Part shown: one piece after another, positions 25,311-36,254 of the stretch | Layout: the number at the start of each line of letters is the position of its first letter | Position numbering within the stretch: position 1 is the stretch's first letter | Assembly (NCBI GenBank): GCA_951406725.2 | Contig: OX597840.1 | Coordinates: forward strand, 13,950,001 to 14,014,000 | From: Octopus vulgaris | Taxonomy: Eukaryota | Length of the DNA stretch: 64,000 bases | Direction of reading: 5' to 3' | Notes under the pieces: generated by a model | The model's database searches: none | Seen by the model: only the letters and a program-made list of their open reading frames with translations | Told to the model about the DNA's origin: nothing | Translations under genes and position numbers: made by a program

Positions 25311-25698
25311 CTGCCAGTTATTAAGGCAATGTTTGGTTTGTGCAACACGATGTTTCTGAGGAAAGTTGTTGTGTTGGGGTTGAAAGCAATTATTTGGTTA
25401 ACAAAGCTGGAATTAACAAAAATGTACTGACACTAACTAAATGAAAATTATATTATGCAATGCATTAAAATTTCCAATTTCACAAATGTTAATTTAATTG
25501 TTTTCTGCACTGAAAATAATTAAATGAAATGTAAGAGTTTGTATGAGAGAAGATTTGATAGAGCAGCAATTCTCTTTTTAAGAATCCAATAGACAGTCTT
25601 TCGATAAAGGTAGACGGATAATGAAAGTTTGTTTGGCAATTTCTGTAAAAATCACTTATGTTTATATTATGTGTTTGTGTGTATGTATGTTTGTGTTT

Positions 25699-25879
25699 AG
25701 GCATAGGAGTGGCTAAGTGTGGTAAGTAGCTTGCTTACCAACCACATAGTCCCACTGCATGGCACCTTGGGCAAGTGTCTTCTACTATAGACTTGGGCCA
25801 ACCAAAGTCTTGAGTGGATTTGGTGGATGGAAACTGAAAGAAGCCTTCGTATATATATATATATGTATACATATATATA

Positions 25880-25915
<36 letters not shown>

Positions 25916-26142
25916 TGTATGCATGTATGTATGTATATATTTGTAAGTTTGTGTTTGTCCTCCCACCATCGCTTGACAACTGATGTTGGTGTGTTTACAT
26001 CCCTGTAATTTAGCAGTTTGGCAAAAAGAGACCAATAGTATAAGTACTAGGCTTACAAAGAATAAGTCCTGGAGTCGATTTGCTCGACTAAAGGTGATGC
26101 TCCAGCATGGCCGCAGTCAAATAACTGAAACAAATAAAAGAA
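25699..26142 (+). mobile_element. SINE family A
   Basis: Match to the 18354 copy. Confidence 0.85.
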
Positions 26143-26146
26143 TGTA

Positions 26147-26554
26147 CTGTATTTTAACGTGTATAAGGAACCCCCTAATTTTTGGGGCTTAAAATTTGGG
26201 AAAAAGGTTTTGTAAGGGATTATAAAACTATCCATGTGAAGGTGGTGAGCTGGCAAAAACATTAGCATGCCTGGTGAAATGCTTAGCGATATTTTATCTC
26301 CTGCTACGTTTTGAGTTCAAATTCTGCCGAGGTCGACTTTGCCCTTCATCCTTTCGGGGTTGATGAAATAAGTACCAGTTACGCACTGGGGTCGATGTAA
26401 TCAACTTAGTCCCTTTGTCTTTCTTTCTTTGTCCCCTCTATATTTAGCCTCTTGAGGGCAATAAAGAATTAAATACTATCCATGTATAAAAATCTCCTAT
26501 ATTTTAAAAATCTAATTTTTGATAAAAAAGGGTTCCTTATACATTAAAATATGG
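26147..26554. mobile_element. pogo/Tc-like MITE with nested family B SINE (26238-26474)
   Basis: TA|CTGTATTTTAACGTGTATAAGGAACCC...GGGTTCCTTATACATTAAAATATGG|TA; SINE TSD ACTATCCATGT at 26227 and 26475. Confidence 0.85.
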
Positions 26555-26559
26555 TAGTT

Positions 26560-26776
26560 AAGGTGCCGAGCCAGCAGAATTGTTAGCATGCTGGGCAAAA
26601 CATTTAGCGGTATTTTGTCTGTCGTTACATTCTGAGTTCGAATTTCACTGAGGTTGGTCTTGCCTTTCATCCTTTCCAGGTCAATAAAATAAGTACCAGT
26701 AGAGTACTGGGGTTGATGTGATTGACTTACCTGCTCCCCACTAAGTTCAGGTCTTGTGCCTATATTAGAAAGGATG

Positions 26777-26832
<56 letters not shown>

Positions 26833-27060
26833 CATTATTAAGGCAGCGAGCTGGCAGAATTGTTAGCATGCTGGGCGAAACAGCAGTATTTCGTCTGTCT
26901 TTATGTTCTAAGTACAAATTCCACCAAAGTCGACTTGGCCTTTCATCCTTCCAAGTTCGATAAATCAAGTACCAGTAATGTGCTGAGGTCAATTTAGATG
27001 ATTTCTTCCTCCTTTCCATCCTAAATTTCTGTCCTTGTGCCAAAATTTGAAATCAATATT
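26560..27060 (+). mobile_element. Two tandem family B SINEs separated by (TTA)n
   Basis: GG..GCGAGCTGGCAGAA heads at ~26562 and ~26842. Confidence 0.8.
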
Positions 27061-27679
27061 TACCATATTATTATTATTATTTCATTTAATTAATTTGACA
27101 TTCCTGTAATGCTTTAATCTCAGAAAGGTTAAGTATGTAATTAAGTTTATTCCTTTGAAAATGGTCAGTTACCAAGTTACTTTAAGTGTTCAGTGTTTTG
27201 GCTTGAACTTTAATGAATTTTAGTTTTTGAACCGATAAACAAAGACAATCTTGATTTCCTTTTATATTATTATCATAATTGAATTCTTTCATTTTATAAT
27301 CTTCGATAAAACAGCCTCCTCCTTCCTTAAAATTTTGTAAGTCTTCTCTTATGCTCGTTTGTAACTTCTTCAAAAATAAATGTAATAAAGCCATAATGAC
27401 ATAGTTATAACATTTAAATGGAAAATTCAACAGGTTACGGTGCTAAAAAATAGCTTGGCAGTTCAACATTAGCCATGTATTGTGTCTGATTTCCATTGAT
27501 ATATGAAGCATATGATGAGTCTAATTACAAATAGAAGAGTCAGAGTCAGAATTGGTCAGAGTCAGATTGATGACTCAAAGGTTTTGTGTTCTGACTCCAC
27601 AGGTCTTGTTCTTAATGGAAACAATAAGAAATAACATTTAGTTTTTCTTGGACAAAATTATGGAATTAGTATATCAATT

Positions 27680-27701
27680 ATCTCTCTCTCTCTCTCACTC
27701 A

Positions 27702-27752
<51 letters not shown>

Positions 27753-28033
27753 ACTCACCCTTTCTCTCTCACTCACTCTTTCTCTCTCACTCACTCTTTC
27801 TCTCTCACTCACCCTTTCTCTCTCATTCACCCTTTCTCTCTCACTCTCTTTCTCTCTCTCTCTCTCACTCGCTCTTTCTCTCTCACTCACTCTCTCTCTC
27901 TCTCACTCTCTTTCTCTCTCTCTCTCTCACTCACACTTTCTCTCTCACTCTCTTTCTCTCTCACTCACCCTTTCACTCTCACTCACTCTCTCTCTCACTC
28001 ACCCTTTCTCTCTCACTCACCCTTTCTCTCTCA

Positions 28034-28064
<31 letters not shown>

Positions 28065-28116
28065 ACTCACACTCTCTCACTCACTCTCTCTCACTCACTC
28101 TCTTTCTCTCTCTCTC
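27680..28116. repeat. (CT)n/(CTCA)n complex microsatellite
   Basis: Direct reading. Confidence 0.95.
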
Positions 28117-28546
28117 CACATGATTCTTGGTCATTGTCATCTTCTATCCTCTTTTCCATTTCATGCTGACCACTGCTTGTATTTTCTCTCATCTCCTACC
28201 ATCAACATGTCTGCTTCCTCTCCATTATCCTTTCGTTTTTCATCCTTTAGGACATTCCTCCTGGCATTAACCATGTTTTTGACTCCTGCCTGGCCCCAAG
28301 GCTGTATTCTGTTTATTTCAGTTTGTTCCTATATCCACATCTCATCTTTGCTTCAACTTCTAAGAAGATGAAGATGTGAGTATGTGGCTAGAAGTTAGCT
28401 TCCCAGTCACAAGGTTCTAGGTTCAATCCAACTGCATGACGCCTCAAGTAAGTGTTTCTATTATAGCCTTGGGCTGATCAAAGAATTATGTATGGATTTG
28501 GTAGATGGAAACTGATAGAAGCATGCCATGTATGTTTGTGTGTGTG

Positions 28547-28578
<32 letters not shown>

Positions 28579-28629
28579 TGTATGTATGTATGTATGTATG
28601 TCTTCACACCCACACATACATACATACAC

Positions 28630-29021
28630 ACGTCCAGACCACCAGCCCTCTTTCACACGCACATACATACTCTCTTATACACACATGCACCTTTGTGTTG
28701 GGGGCACCTTCGCATTGGAAGTCACTTGACCCTGTTATCTCCCCTACTGTCCTTCTTGCGTCTGACCACTGTCCGAAGTCAGGACGCCATGATAGATCAT
28801 TAGCTCCTACATGCATTTTTTCTCTCCATGTTTTTTTCTGTGTATCTTTCTGTCGAAGAGCGTACGCTCGAAACGTAAAAGACTTTTTCTATTCCTGAGC
28901 ACTATACTAATACATTTGTTTGTTTGTACTCCACCTGCCTTTGTCTTTTGTTTATTTTCGTAAACTTTCCCTTTATATATAAATATGTATGTATGTATTT
29001 ATGTATGTATATATATGTATG

Positions 29022-29057
<36 letters not shown>

Positions 29058-29419
29058 TGTATGTATGTATATGCATATGTATGTATGTATATGCATATGT
29101 ATGTATGTATATGCATGTGTATGTATGTATATATATATGTATGTATGTATATGCATATGTATGTATGTATATGCATGTGTATATATGTATATGTATGTAT
29201 GTATGTATATATATATGTATGTATGTATGTATGTATATATGTATGTATGTGTATCCACAAGTTTTTTTATTCTCTCTGTTTATTTTTTCTTTTTCCCTTC
29301 TGTTCAAGAGCATAGGCTTGAAATGTAAAAGACTTTCTCACTTTCCTGAGCATCAAACTAATACACCTTCTTGTTGTTCATACACCTGTCTTTCTCTTTT
29401 GTTTTTCTGTAAATTTCAA

Positions 29420-29420
<1 letters not shown>
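28630..29420 (+). mobile_element. Two related Penelope-pLTR-like fragments with hammerhead variants (28845-28882 and ~29296-29333) in microsatellite
   Basis: TCTTT-CTGTCGAA-GAGC gtac GCTC-GAAA-CG-TA/AAAGA and a decayed second copy with similar downstream sequence. Confidence 0.55.
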
Positions 29421-29460
<40 letters not shown>

Positions 29461-29675
29461 ATAGAAATATTAAAATAACTAAGTCTCTCTAAAAGAGAAC
29501 AGCGGCAGCGTTCCCGGAAAATAATAGTTATCGCCATACTAACATGGCATTCTTATAAAAATAAGAAAAAAGCTGTCCGCTTATTAGCTCCATGAGGCCA
29601 TCGCCTTAAGTTAGCTATTTGATACACAAACTGTATCCATATAACCTTCGAACAAGGGAGGTCAGTCGCTCCACA

Positions 29676-29746
29676 CTACTTGACCGGCAGCTACAGACGC
29701 GTTTCGGAGTATTGCCCCTTTTCAATGCAGCGTAGCCAGCCAGTAG
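29676..29746 (-). ncRNA. Type-I hammerhead ribozyme, U3:A8 variant
   Basis: Reverse complement of the 30573-30643 motif. Confidence 0.8.
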
Positions 29747-30034
29747 GTGTCGCTTCCGACAATCTCTGTTCGATGGTTTTATTTACCTAGTTTCGGTGGA
29801 ACACATCCACTTGTTTTCAATAATAGAAATATTAAAATAACTAAGTCTCTCTAAAAGAGAACAGCGGCAGCGTTCCCGGAAAATAATAGTTATCGCCATA
29901 TAACATGGCATTCTTATAAAAATAAGAAAAAGCTGTCCGCTTATTAGCTCCATGAGGCCATCGCCTTAAGTTAGCTATTTGATACACAAACTGTATCCAT
30001 ATAACCTTCGAACAAGGAGGTCAGTCGCTCCACA

Positions 30035-30105
30035 CTACTTGACCGGCAGCTACAGACGCGTTTCGGAGTATTGCCCCTTTTCAATGCAGCGTAGCCAGCC
30101 AGTAG
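30035..30105 (-). ncRNA. Type-I hammerhead ribozyme, U3:A8 variant
   Basis: Reverse complement of the 30573-30643 motif. Confidence 0.8.
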
Positions 30106-30572
30106 GTGTCACTTCCGACAATCTCTGTTCGATGGTTTTATTTACCTAGTTTCGGTGGAACACATCCACTTGTTTTCAATAATAGAAATATTAAAATAAC
30201 TAAGTCTCTCTAAAAGAGAACAGCGGCAGCGTTCCCGGAAAATAATACTCCGAAACGCGTCTGTAGCTGCCGGTCAAGTAGTGTGGAGTGACTGACCTCC
30301 CTTGTTCGAAGGTTATATGGATACAGTTTGTGTATCAAATAGCTAACTTAAGGCGATGGCCTCATGGAGCTAATAAGCGGACAGCTTTTTTCTTATTTTT
30401 ATAAGAATGCCATGTTAGTATGGCGATAACTATTATTTTCCGGGAACGCTGCCGCTGTTCTCTTTTAGAGAGACTTAGTTATTTTAATATTTCTATTATT
30501 GAAAACAAGTGGATGTGTTCCACCGAAACTAGGTAAATAAAACCATCGAACAGAGATTGTCGGAAGCGACAC

Positions 30573-30643
30573 CTACTGGCTGGCTACGCTGCATTGAAAA
30601 GGGGCAATACTCCGAAACGCGTCTGTAGCTGCCGGTCAAGTAG
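30573..30643 (+). ncRNA. Type-I hammerhead ribozyme, U3:A8 variant
   Basis: GCUGCA-UUGAAAA-GGGG caaua CUCC-GAAA-CGCG-UC/UGUAGC; extended stem I GGCUGGC:GCCGGUC and CUACU:AGUAG. Confidence 0.8.
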
Positions 30644-30933
30644 TGTGGAGCGACTGACCTCCCTTGTTCGAAGGTTATATGGATACAGTTTGTGTATCAA
30701 ATAGCTAACTTAAGGCGATGGCCTCATGGAGCTAATAAGCGGACAGCTTTTTTCTTATTTTTATAAGAATGCCATGTTAGTATGGCGATAACTATTATTT
30801 TCCGGAACGCTGCCGCTGTTCTCTTTTAGAGAGACTTAGTTATTTTAATATTTCTATTATTGAAAACAAGTGGATGTGTTCCACCGAAACTAGGTAAATA
30901 AAACCATCGAACAGAGATTGTCGGAAGCGACAC

Positions 30934-31004
30934 CTACTGGCTGGCTACGCTGCATTGAAAAGGGGCAATACTCCGAAACGCGTCTGTAGCTGCCGGTCAA
31001 GTAG
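30934..31004 (+). ncRNA. Type-I hammerhead ribozyme, U3:A8 variant
   Basis: Identical motif one unit downstream. Confidence 0.8.
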
Positions 31005-31295
31005 TGTGGAGCGACTGACCTCCCTTGTTCGAAGGTTATATGGATACAGTTTGTGTATCAAATAGCTAACTTAAGGCGATGGCCTCATGGAGCTAATAAG
31101 CGGACAGCTTTTTTCTTATTTTTATAAGAATGCCATGTTAGTATGGCGATAACTATTATTTTCCGGGAACGCTGCCGCTGTTCTCTTTTAGAGAGACTTA
31201 GTTATTTTAATATTTCTATTATTGAAAACAAGTGGATGTGTTCCACGAAAACTAGGTAAATAAAACCATCGAACAGAGATTGTCGGAAGCGACAC

Positions 31296-31366
31296 CTACT
31301 GGCTGGCTACGCTGCATTGAAAAGGGGCAATACTCCGAAACGCGTCTGTAGCTGCCGGTCAAGTAG
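31296..31366 (+). ncRNA. Type-I hammerhead ribozyme, U3:A8 variant
   Basis: Identical motif two units downstream. Confidence 0.8.
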
Positions 31367-31644
31367 TGTGGAGCGACTGACCTCCCTTGTTTGAAGGTTA
31401 TATGGATACAGTTTGTGTATCAAATAGCTAACTTAAGGCGATGGCCTCATGGAGCTAATAAGCGGACAGCTTTTTTCTTATTTTTATAAGAATGCCATGT
31501 TAGTATGGCGATAACTATTATTTTATATATATATGTATATATATATAATTCAGAAATGGGGAACACATACGCCATTGAAACCGGGAAACCATGCCATGAG
31601 CCTGGCTAGGCTTTAAAAGGGTGCATAAAAAATAATATATATAC

Positions 31645-31683
<39 letters not shown>

Positions 31684-31954
31684 TAGGATTGAACAGACAG
31701 AACACGAGGAAAAAAAGTTAGATAAAACCAGAGCAAACAGGAAACAAGATGAAAACTTAATGGATGGGGAATATAGATAAAGACATGATACACAAAATAT
31801 TCACATCTTTGTGTTTCTCATCAGTCACAGCCAAAATATCATTGTGGTTTTGTACCATCATCATTGAGACCACTCAATCTTGGAGGTGCCAGTGTTGTTA
31901 TTAAGCTATTGGGAAAGGTTGAAAAAAGATTAGAGATCTATACAAATCAAATTT

Positions 31955-32266
31955 TTATATATAAAAGATGGAGGTGGAAGTAGCACGGAAGTGTATCTAA
32001 GACATTTCAATTTAAGAGTGAATTTAATAAAAATGATTTTAAAAATTATATAAAGAAAATATTACCGGTTTATCTTCTGTACCCCAGATAGAAGATAAAC
32101 TGTTTTTACTTCAGATTTTCATAAATTTTTACTGATATTTGAGAAGATGAGATTCATTGAAATTGGTAATAGTTACTTTATATAATTTTAAAAATCATTT
32201 TTATTATATTCTCTCTTAAATTGAAATGTCTTACTTCTGTGCTCTTTCCACCTCCATCTTTTATAT
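31955..32266. repeat. Imperfect palindrome (~110-bp arms) in TA context
   Basis: TATATAAAAGATGGAGGTGGAA...TTCCACCTCCATCTTTTATATA and a further inverted AAAAATGATTTTAAAAATTATATAAAG. Confidence 0.8.
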
Positions 32267-32282
32267 ATATATATATATATAG

Positions 32283-32333
<51 letters not shown>

Positions 32334-32337
32334 TGTG

Positions 32338-32368
<31 letters not shown>

Positions 32369-32478
32369 TATTATGTAAAATATAAGTTAGAGGTAATGTA
32401 ACCTTCTAAGGGATAGCTGTATCTGTAGGCACTCCTGGTGTATTACCTCAGTATGTATGGTCCTCGTAGGTAATTTAA

Positions 32479-33562
32479 CCCTTTCGTTACCAAACCGCCC
32501 AAAGCCGCCCGAAAAAAATTTTGGTTTATGAGACCAAACCGCCCAAAGCCGCCCGAATTTCCCTATTCATATTTAAATGAGAATATCAGAGCAAATCTCT
32601 TCAGTACATTCGTGAAAACACGTATTATACTTCGTAAACAGTTCAACTACAGTTTTGTACAATAATCGAAGTGTAATTTTAATTCCGTGAATTTGGGAGA
32701 TTTTTTTCCGAAATTTGTTCCTATTGTGTTTTCAAAATTTGTAATTCTGACAAAAAATGGATACGAATTTCATTATATCAAGCAGCGAGTCAGAATTCGA
32801 AGGATTTTCTACTGAAGACCTTCATAAATCTAGCTCTATGACTGAAAAAAAAAGCATGTGGTATTTGATAATGAATCTGATGTTTCATTTTCCGAAAGTG
32901 AAAACAGTGAATCTGAGATCTCCCATAGCGATAAAAAAAATGAATTGGCACCTGAATGGAGTGAAAATTTAAAAACTGTTTCTTTCGGTGATTTTTCTGA
33001 AGAAACTGGACCAAGCCACAGACTTTCCCAGAAGAGTAAAGCCTTAGACTATTTCTATTTACTTTTTCGAATGAGCCTATTTGAAATCATTACGGCGGAA
33101 ACGAACCGTTACGCTAAATGTAAACAAAGCGAAAGAAAGGATAGTTAGTGGTTTCCCACAACCTTAAATGAAATTAAGACTATTTTGCCATAAATATTAT
33201 TATGGGTATCAGAAAGTTACCCAGAATAACAAATTCTATCGTAAAATTTTGTTGTATACCCAATTGAATATTAGCTAATAACCCATTTTCTATAGCGATG
33301 TTTGAACAAAATTTTAATAATTTTATATTTTGTGGAATTTACCTGTATCTACCTGCAATTAGAGTCACTTTGTGACAAAAATTATAGTATAGAATTGGTT
33401 GAGAATATTTCATTAAATTATCTTCCAAAAATCAGATTAATATATCGATAAATAAAAAAGTTATAGTTGTTTAATGAAACCAGACTAAATTTATGATTAC
33501 GTTAGAAATTAATTGAAACACATAAGGGGTGTAATTTGGTCAGAAATATAGTAACAAAAGGG
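32479..33562 (+). mobile_element. Internally deleted piggyBac element retaining transposase N-terminus
   Basis: TTAA TSDs; CCCTTTCGTTAC/GTAACAAAAGGG TIRs; acidic S/E-rich leader then ALDYFYLLF..IITAETNRYA..WFPTTLNEIK..IIMGIRKLPR. Confidence 0.9.
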
Positions 33563-33629
33563 TTAAAGGTAAAACCGTGACCAATGATCCACTTCTCATT
33601 GTTAATTATTGCTCCATTTCTGATCGTCT

Positions 33630-33712
33630 CTATACATATATATATTAATATATATCTATCTGTCTATCTATCTATCTATCTATCCATCTATCCATGTATA
33701 TAGGTGTGTATG

Positions 33713-33752
<40 letters not shown>

Positions 33753-34000
33753 CACACACACATAGATACATATAAGTATATATATAATATATATAAATAT
33801 ACATAAATACATATATATATATGTATATATATATATACACACACATAGATACATAAGTGTATATATATATGTGTGTGTGTATATATGTATATGCATATAT
33901 ATATATATATACACACACACACACGCATAGATACATATATATGTATATATATACATACATATATATATACACACACACACACATAGATACATATATATAC

Positions 34001-34076
<76 letters not shown>

Positions 34077-34808
34077 GCAATATATATGAAACATTGACAT
34101 GTAATCATGTCCATGACCACCCACCAGCCACCCAAACCTCTCACCCTCATACACTCACTGAGTGAAAATCATTAATTTTACTCTTTTTCTTTCCCTTTTT
34201 ATTTTTGTTATTCCTGTTTTCTCCCTCATTAATCTTCGTAATCCTGGCAAAGTGTGAGTTTAGCCACCATATTGCAGCCTGATTGGGAGGCCCACTGCTC
34301 CCCCCCCCCCAACATATTATCCTAGAGAGAAGAAAAAAGTGAAGAGGGGAAAAGAAAGATGTAGAACTGTAGGTAACTGGTACTTTAAAACACTGTAAAT
34401 GAGATTACATTCCAATTATGTGCTGATTAACTACTTATAATTAATTAACACACTAGATAGATTACTTGAGATTGTGGTGATGGTCACAATGGAGGGGGTG
34501 CACGGAAACTTATTGATGTGTTTTTTGTCGTGTTTCGTTTTTTTTTTTATATATATTTTGTTCTTAACTATTTGTGTCGGAGAGTATTTGGTATTTACGA
34601 AAGCTCACGTCCAAACACCTACACACACACACGTAGACACATACGGGGGCGGGTGTGTGTCAGTGTTCATTTATGTGTATCTATGTTTCTGTATATATGT
34701 GTGTGTATATATATTGTATGTATGTATACATGTATATATATATGTATATAGTCATGTTTTAATATACATATATATATGTGTGTGTGTATACATATATATA
34801 TATGTATG

Positions 34809-34839
<31 letters not shown>

Positions 34840-34900
34840 CTATATATATGTATGTATATATATATATGTGTGTGTGTGTGTGTATATATATATATGTATG

Positions 34901-34953
<53 letters not shown>

Positions 34954-35012
34954 CTACATTTATATATATATGTCTGTGTGTGTATATATATATATATCTA
35001 TATTTATTTATA
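33630..35012. repeat. TA/CA/TG microsatellite-rich tracts
   Basis: Direct reading (33630-34075 and 34670-35012). Confidence 0.9.
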
Positions 35013-35342
35013 TCTAATGTAGGATAAAATTTTTTTCGAAAAAAATATTCTTTTCCAAAAAAAATTTTATCAATGGCCAGCATATCAAAAAGTACCTTTA
35101 AAGGTTAAATCTATAAACAATTCATAATTAAGGGCAAACGAAAAAATTTCTAATGCCAGATATGCCGAAAAATTGGACATATTGTCCATTAACCATATAA
35201 TTTTTTCACAATATGCATGCTACTCGAAAAAGTTCGACAGAAATTGTGAAAAAATTATATGGTTAATGGACAATATGTCCAATTTTTCGGCATATCTGGC
35301 ATTAGAAATTCTTTCGTTTGCCCTTAATTATGAATTGTTTAT
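35013..35342. mobile_element. Palindromic element related to 7018-7584, opposite orientation
   Basis: CTAATGTAGGATAAAATTTTTTTCG..ATCAATGGCCAGCATATCAAAAA..CCTTTAAAGGTTAAAT is the reverse complement of ~7506-7584; ~100-bp inverted arms; TA flanks. Confidence 0.75.
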
Positions 35343-35521
35343 ATTTATTTATATATATATATATATATATAAATTGATAGACAGATAATTGGATAGAGAG
35401 AAATATGTGTGCATAGACACATGTAAAAATAAAGGCAAATATATAACTGCATTGATACGTAATATATATATATATACACATATGTACACACACACACATA
35501 CATCTACTATTGAACTAATTG

Positions 35522-35818
35522 TCTCTCCATTGGTTATGATGGTGAGTAATCCAGTTGATTCGATCAACCGAACAGCTTACTCATGAAATTAACTCACAAG
35601 TGGCTGAGTACTCCATAGGCATGTTTACCTTCATATAATTCTCAGTGGGAATCAGCGTGACATAGTATGTGACAAGATTGCGTCTTTGAAATACAAGTAC
35701 TACACATTTTCACCAGATAAATGGACTGAAAGAAGGTGAAATAAAGCACCTTGCTCAAGGACACAATGACCTTACGATCTCAAGCTGAACCCCCCTAACC
35801 ACTTAGCCATGTGCTTCC
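35522..35818 (-). mobile_element. SINE family D (tRNA head, GTGTCCTTGAGCAAG V-like motif)
   Basis: Reverse complement of copies at 45193 and 60798. Confidence 0.7.
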
Positions 35819-36254
35819 GCCTACAATTGAACTAGATGCACAGATACATACATTTACACACATCTGTGTGTGTATATGTATATGCATATATATAACATAT
35901 ATATGCTAAGTAGAAGTAACAACTTACCATATATATTTATATATACAGGGTTGTACAAGTGTGTGTAAATATGTATGTATATATGTGTGTGTATATATAT
36001 ATATATATAAGCTACACACACGCACACACAACTACACCACACACATACACCAGCATGCAGAGTCTCAGCAATTAGTTTGTTGCATCTCGTAGTCCTATCG
36101 ATATGTAACATTTGATGTTGGGTTATGTGACCTGTGGCGGTGTTTATGGTAAGTCGTTACTTCTACTTAGCAGACTAGGGTGTCTGTATACACACACACA
36201 CATATATATGTTTCTATATTATATATATCCTGTTGTTGTTATTATTATTGGTGT

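Larger units (their letters stand above)
29459..31523. mobile_element. Tandem array of a ~362-bp hammerhead-containing unit (candidate non-LTR retrozyme); ~2.2 units minus-sense then ~3.5 units plus-sense
   Basis: Unit starts at 29459, 29821 and 30180; orientation switch at ~30244; predicted cleavage C at 30261, 30623, 30984 and 31346; (TA)n on both flanks; no ORF. Confidence 0.85.

Noticed and set aside
29459-31523. CRISPR array or rDNA/snRNA repeat
   Set aside because: Whole units are near-identical with no unique spacers; I see no 5S, snRNA or spliced-leader similarity; context is eukaryotic
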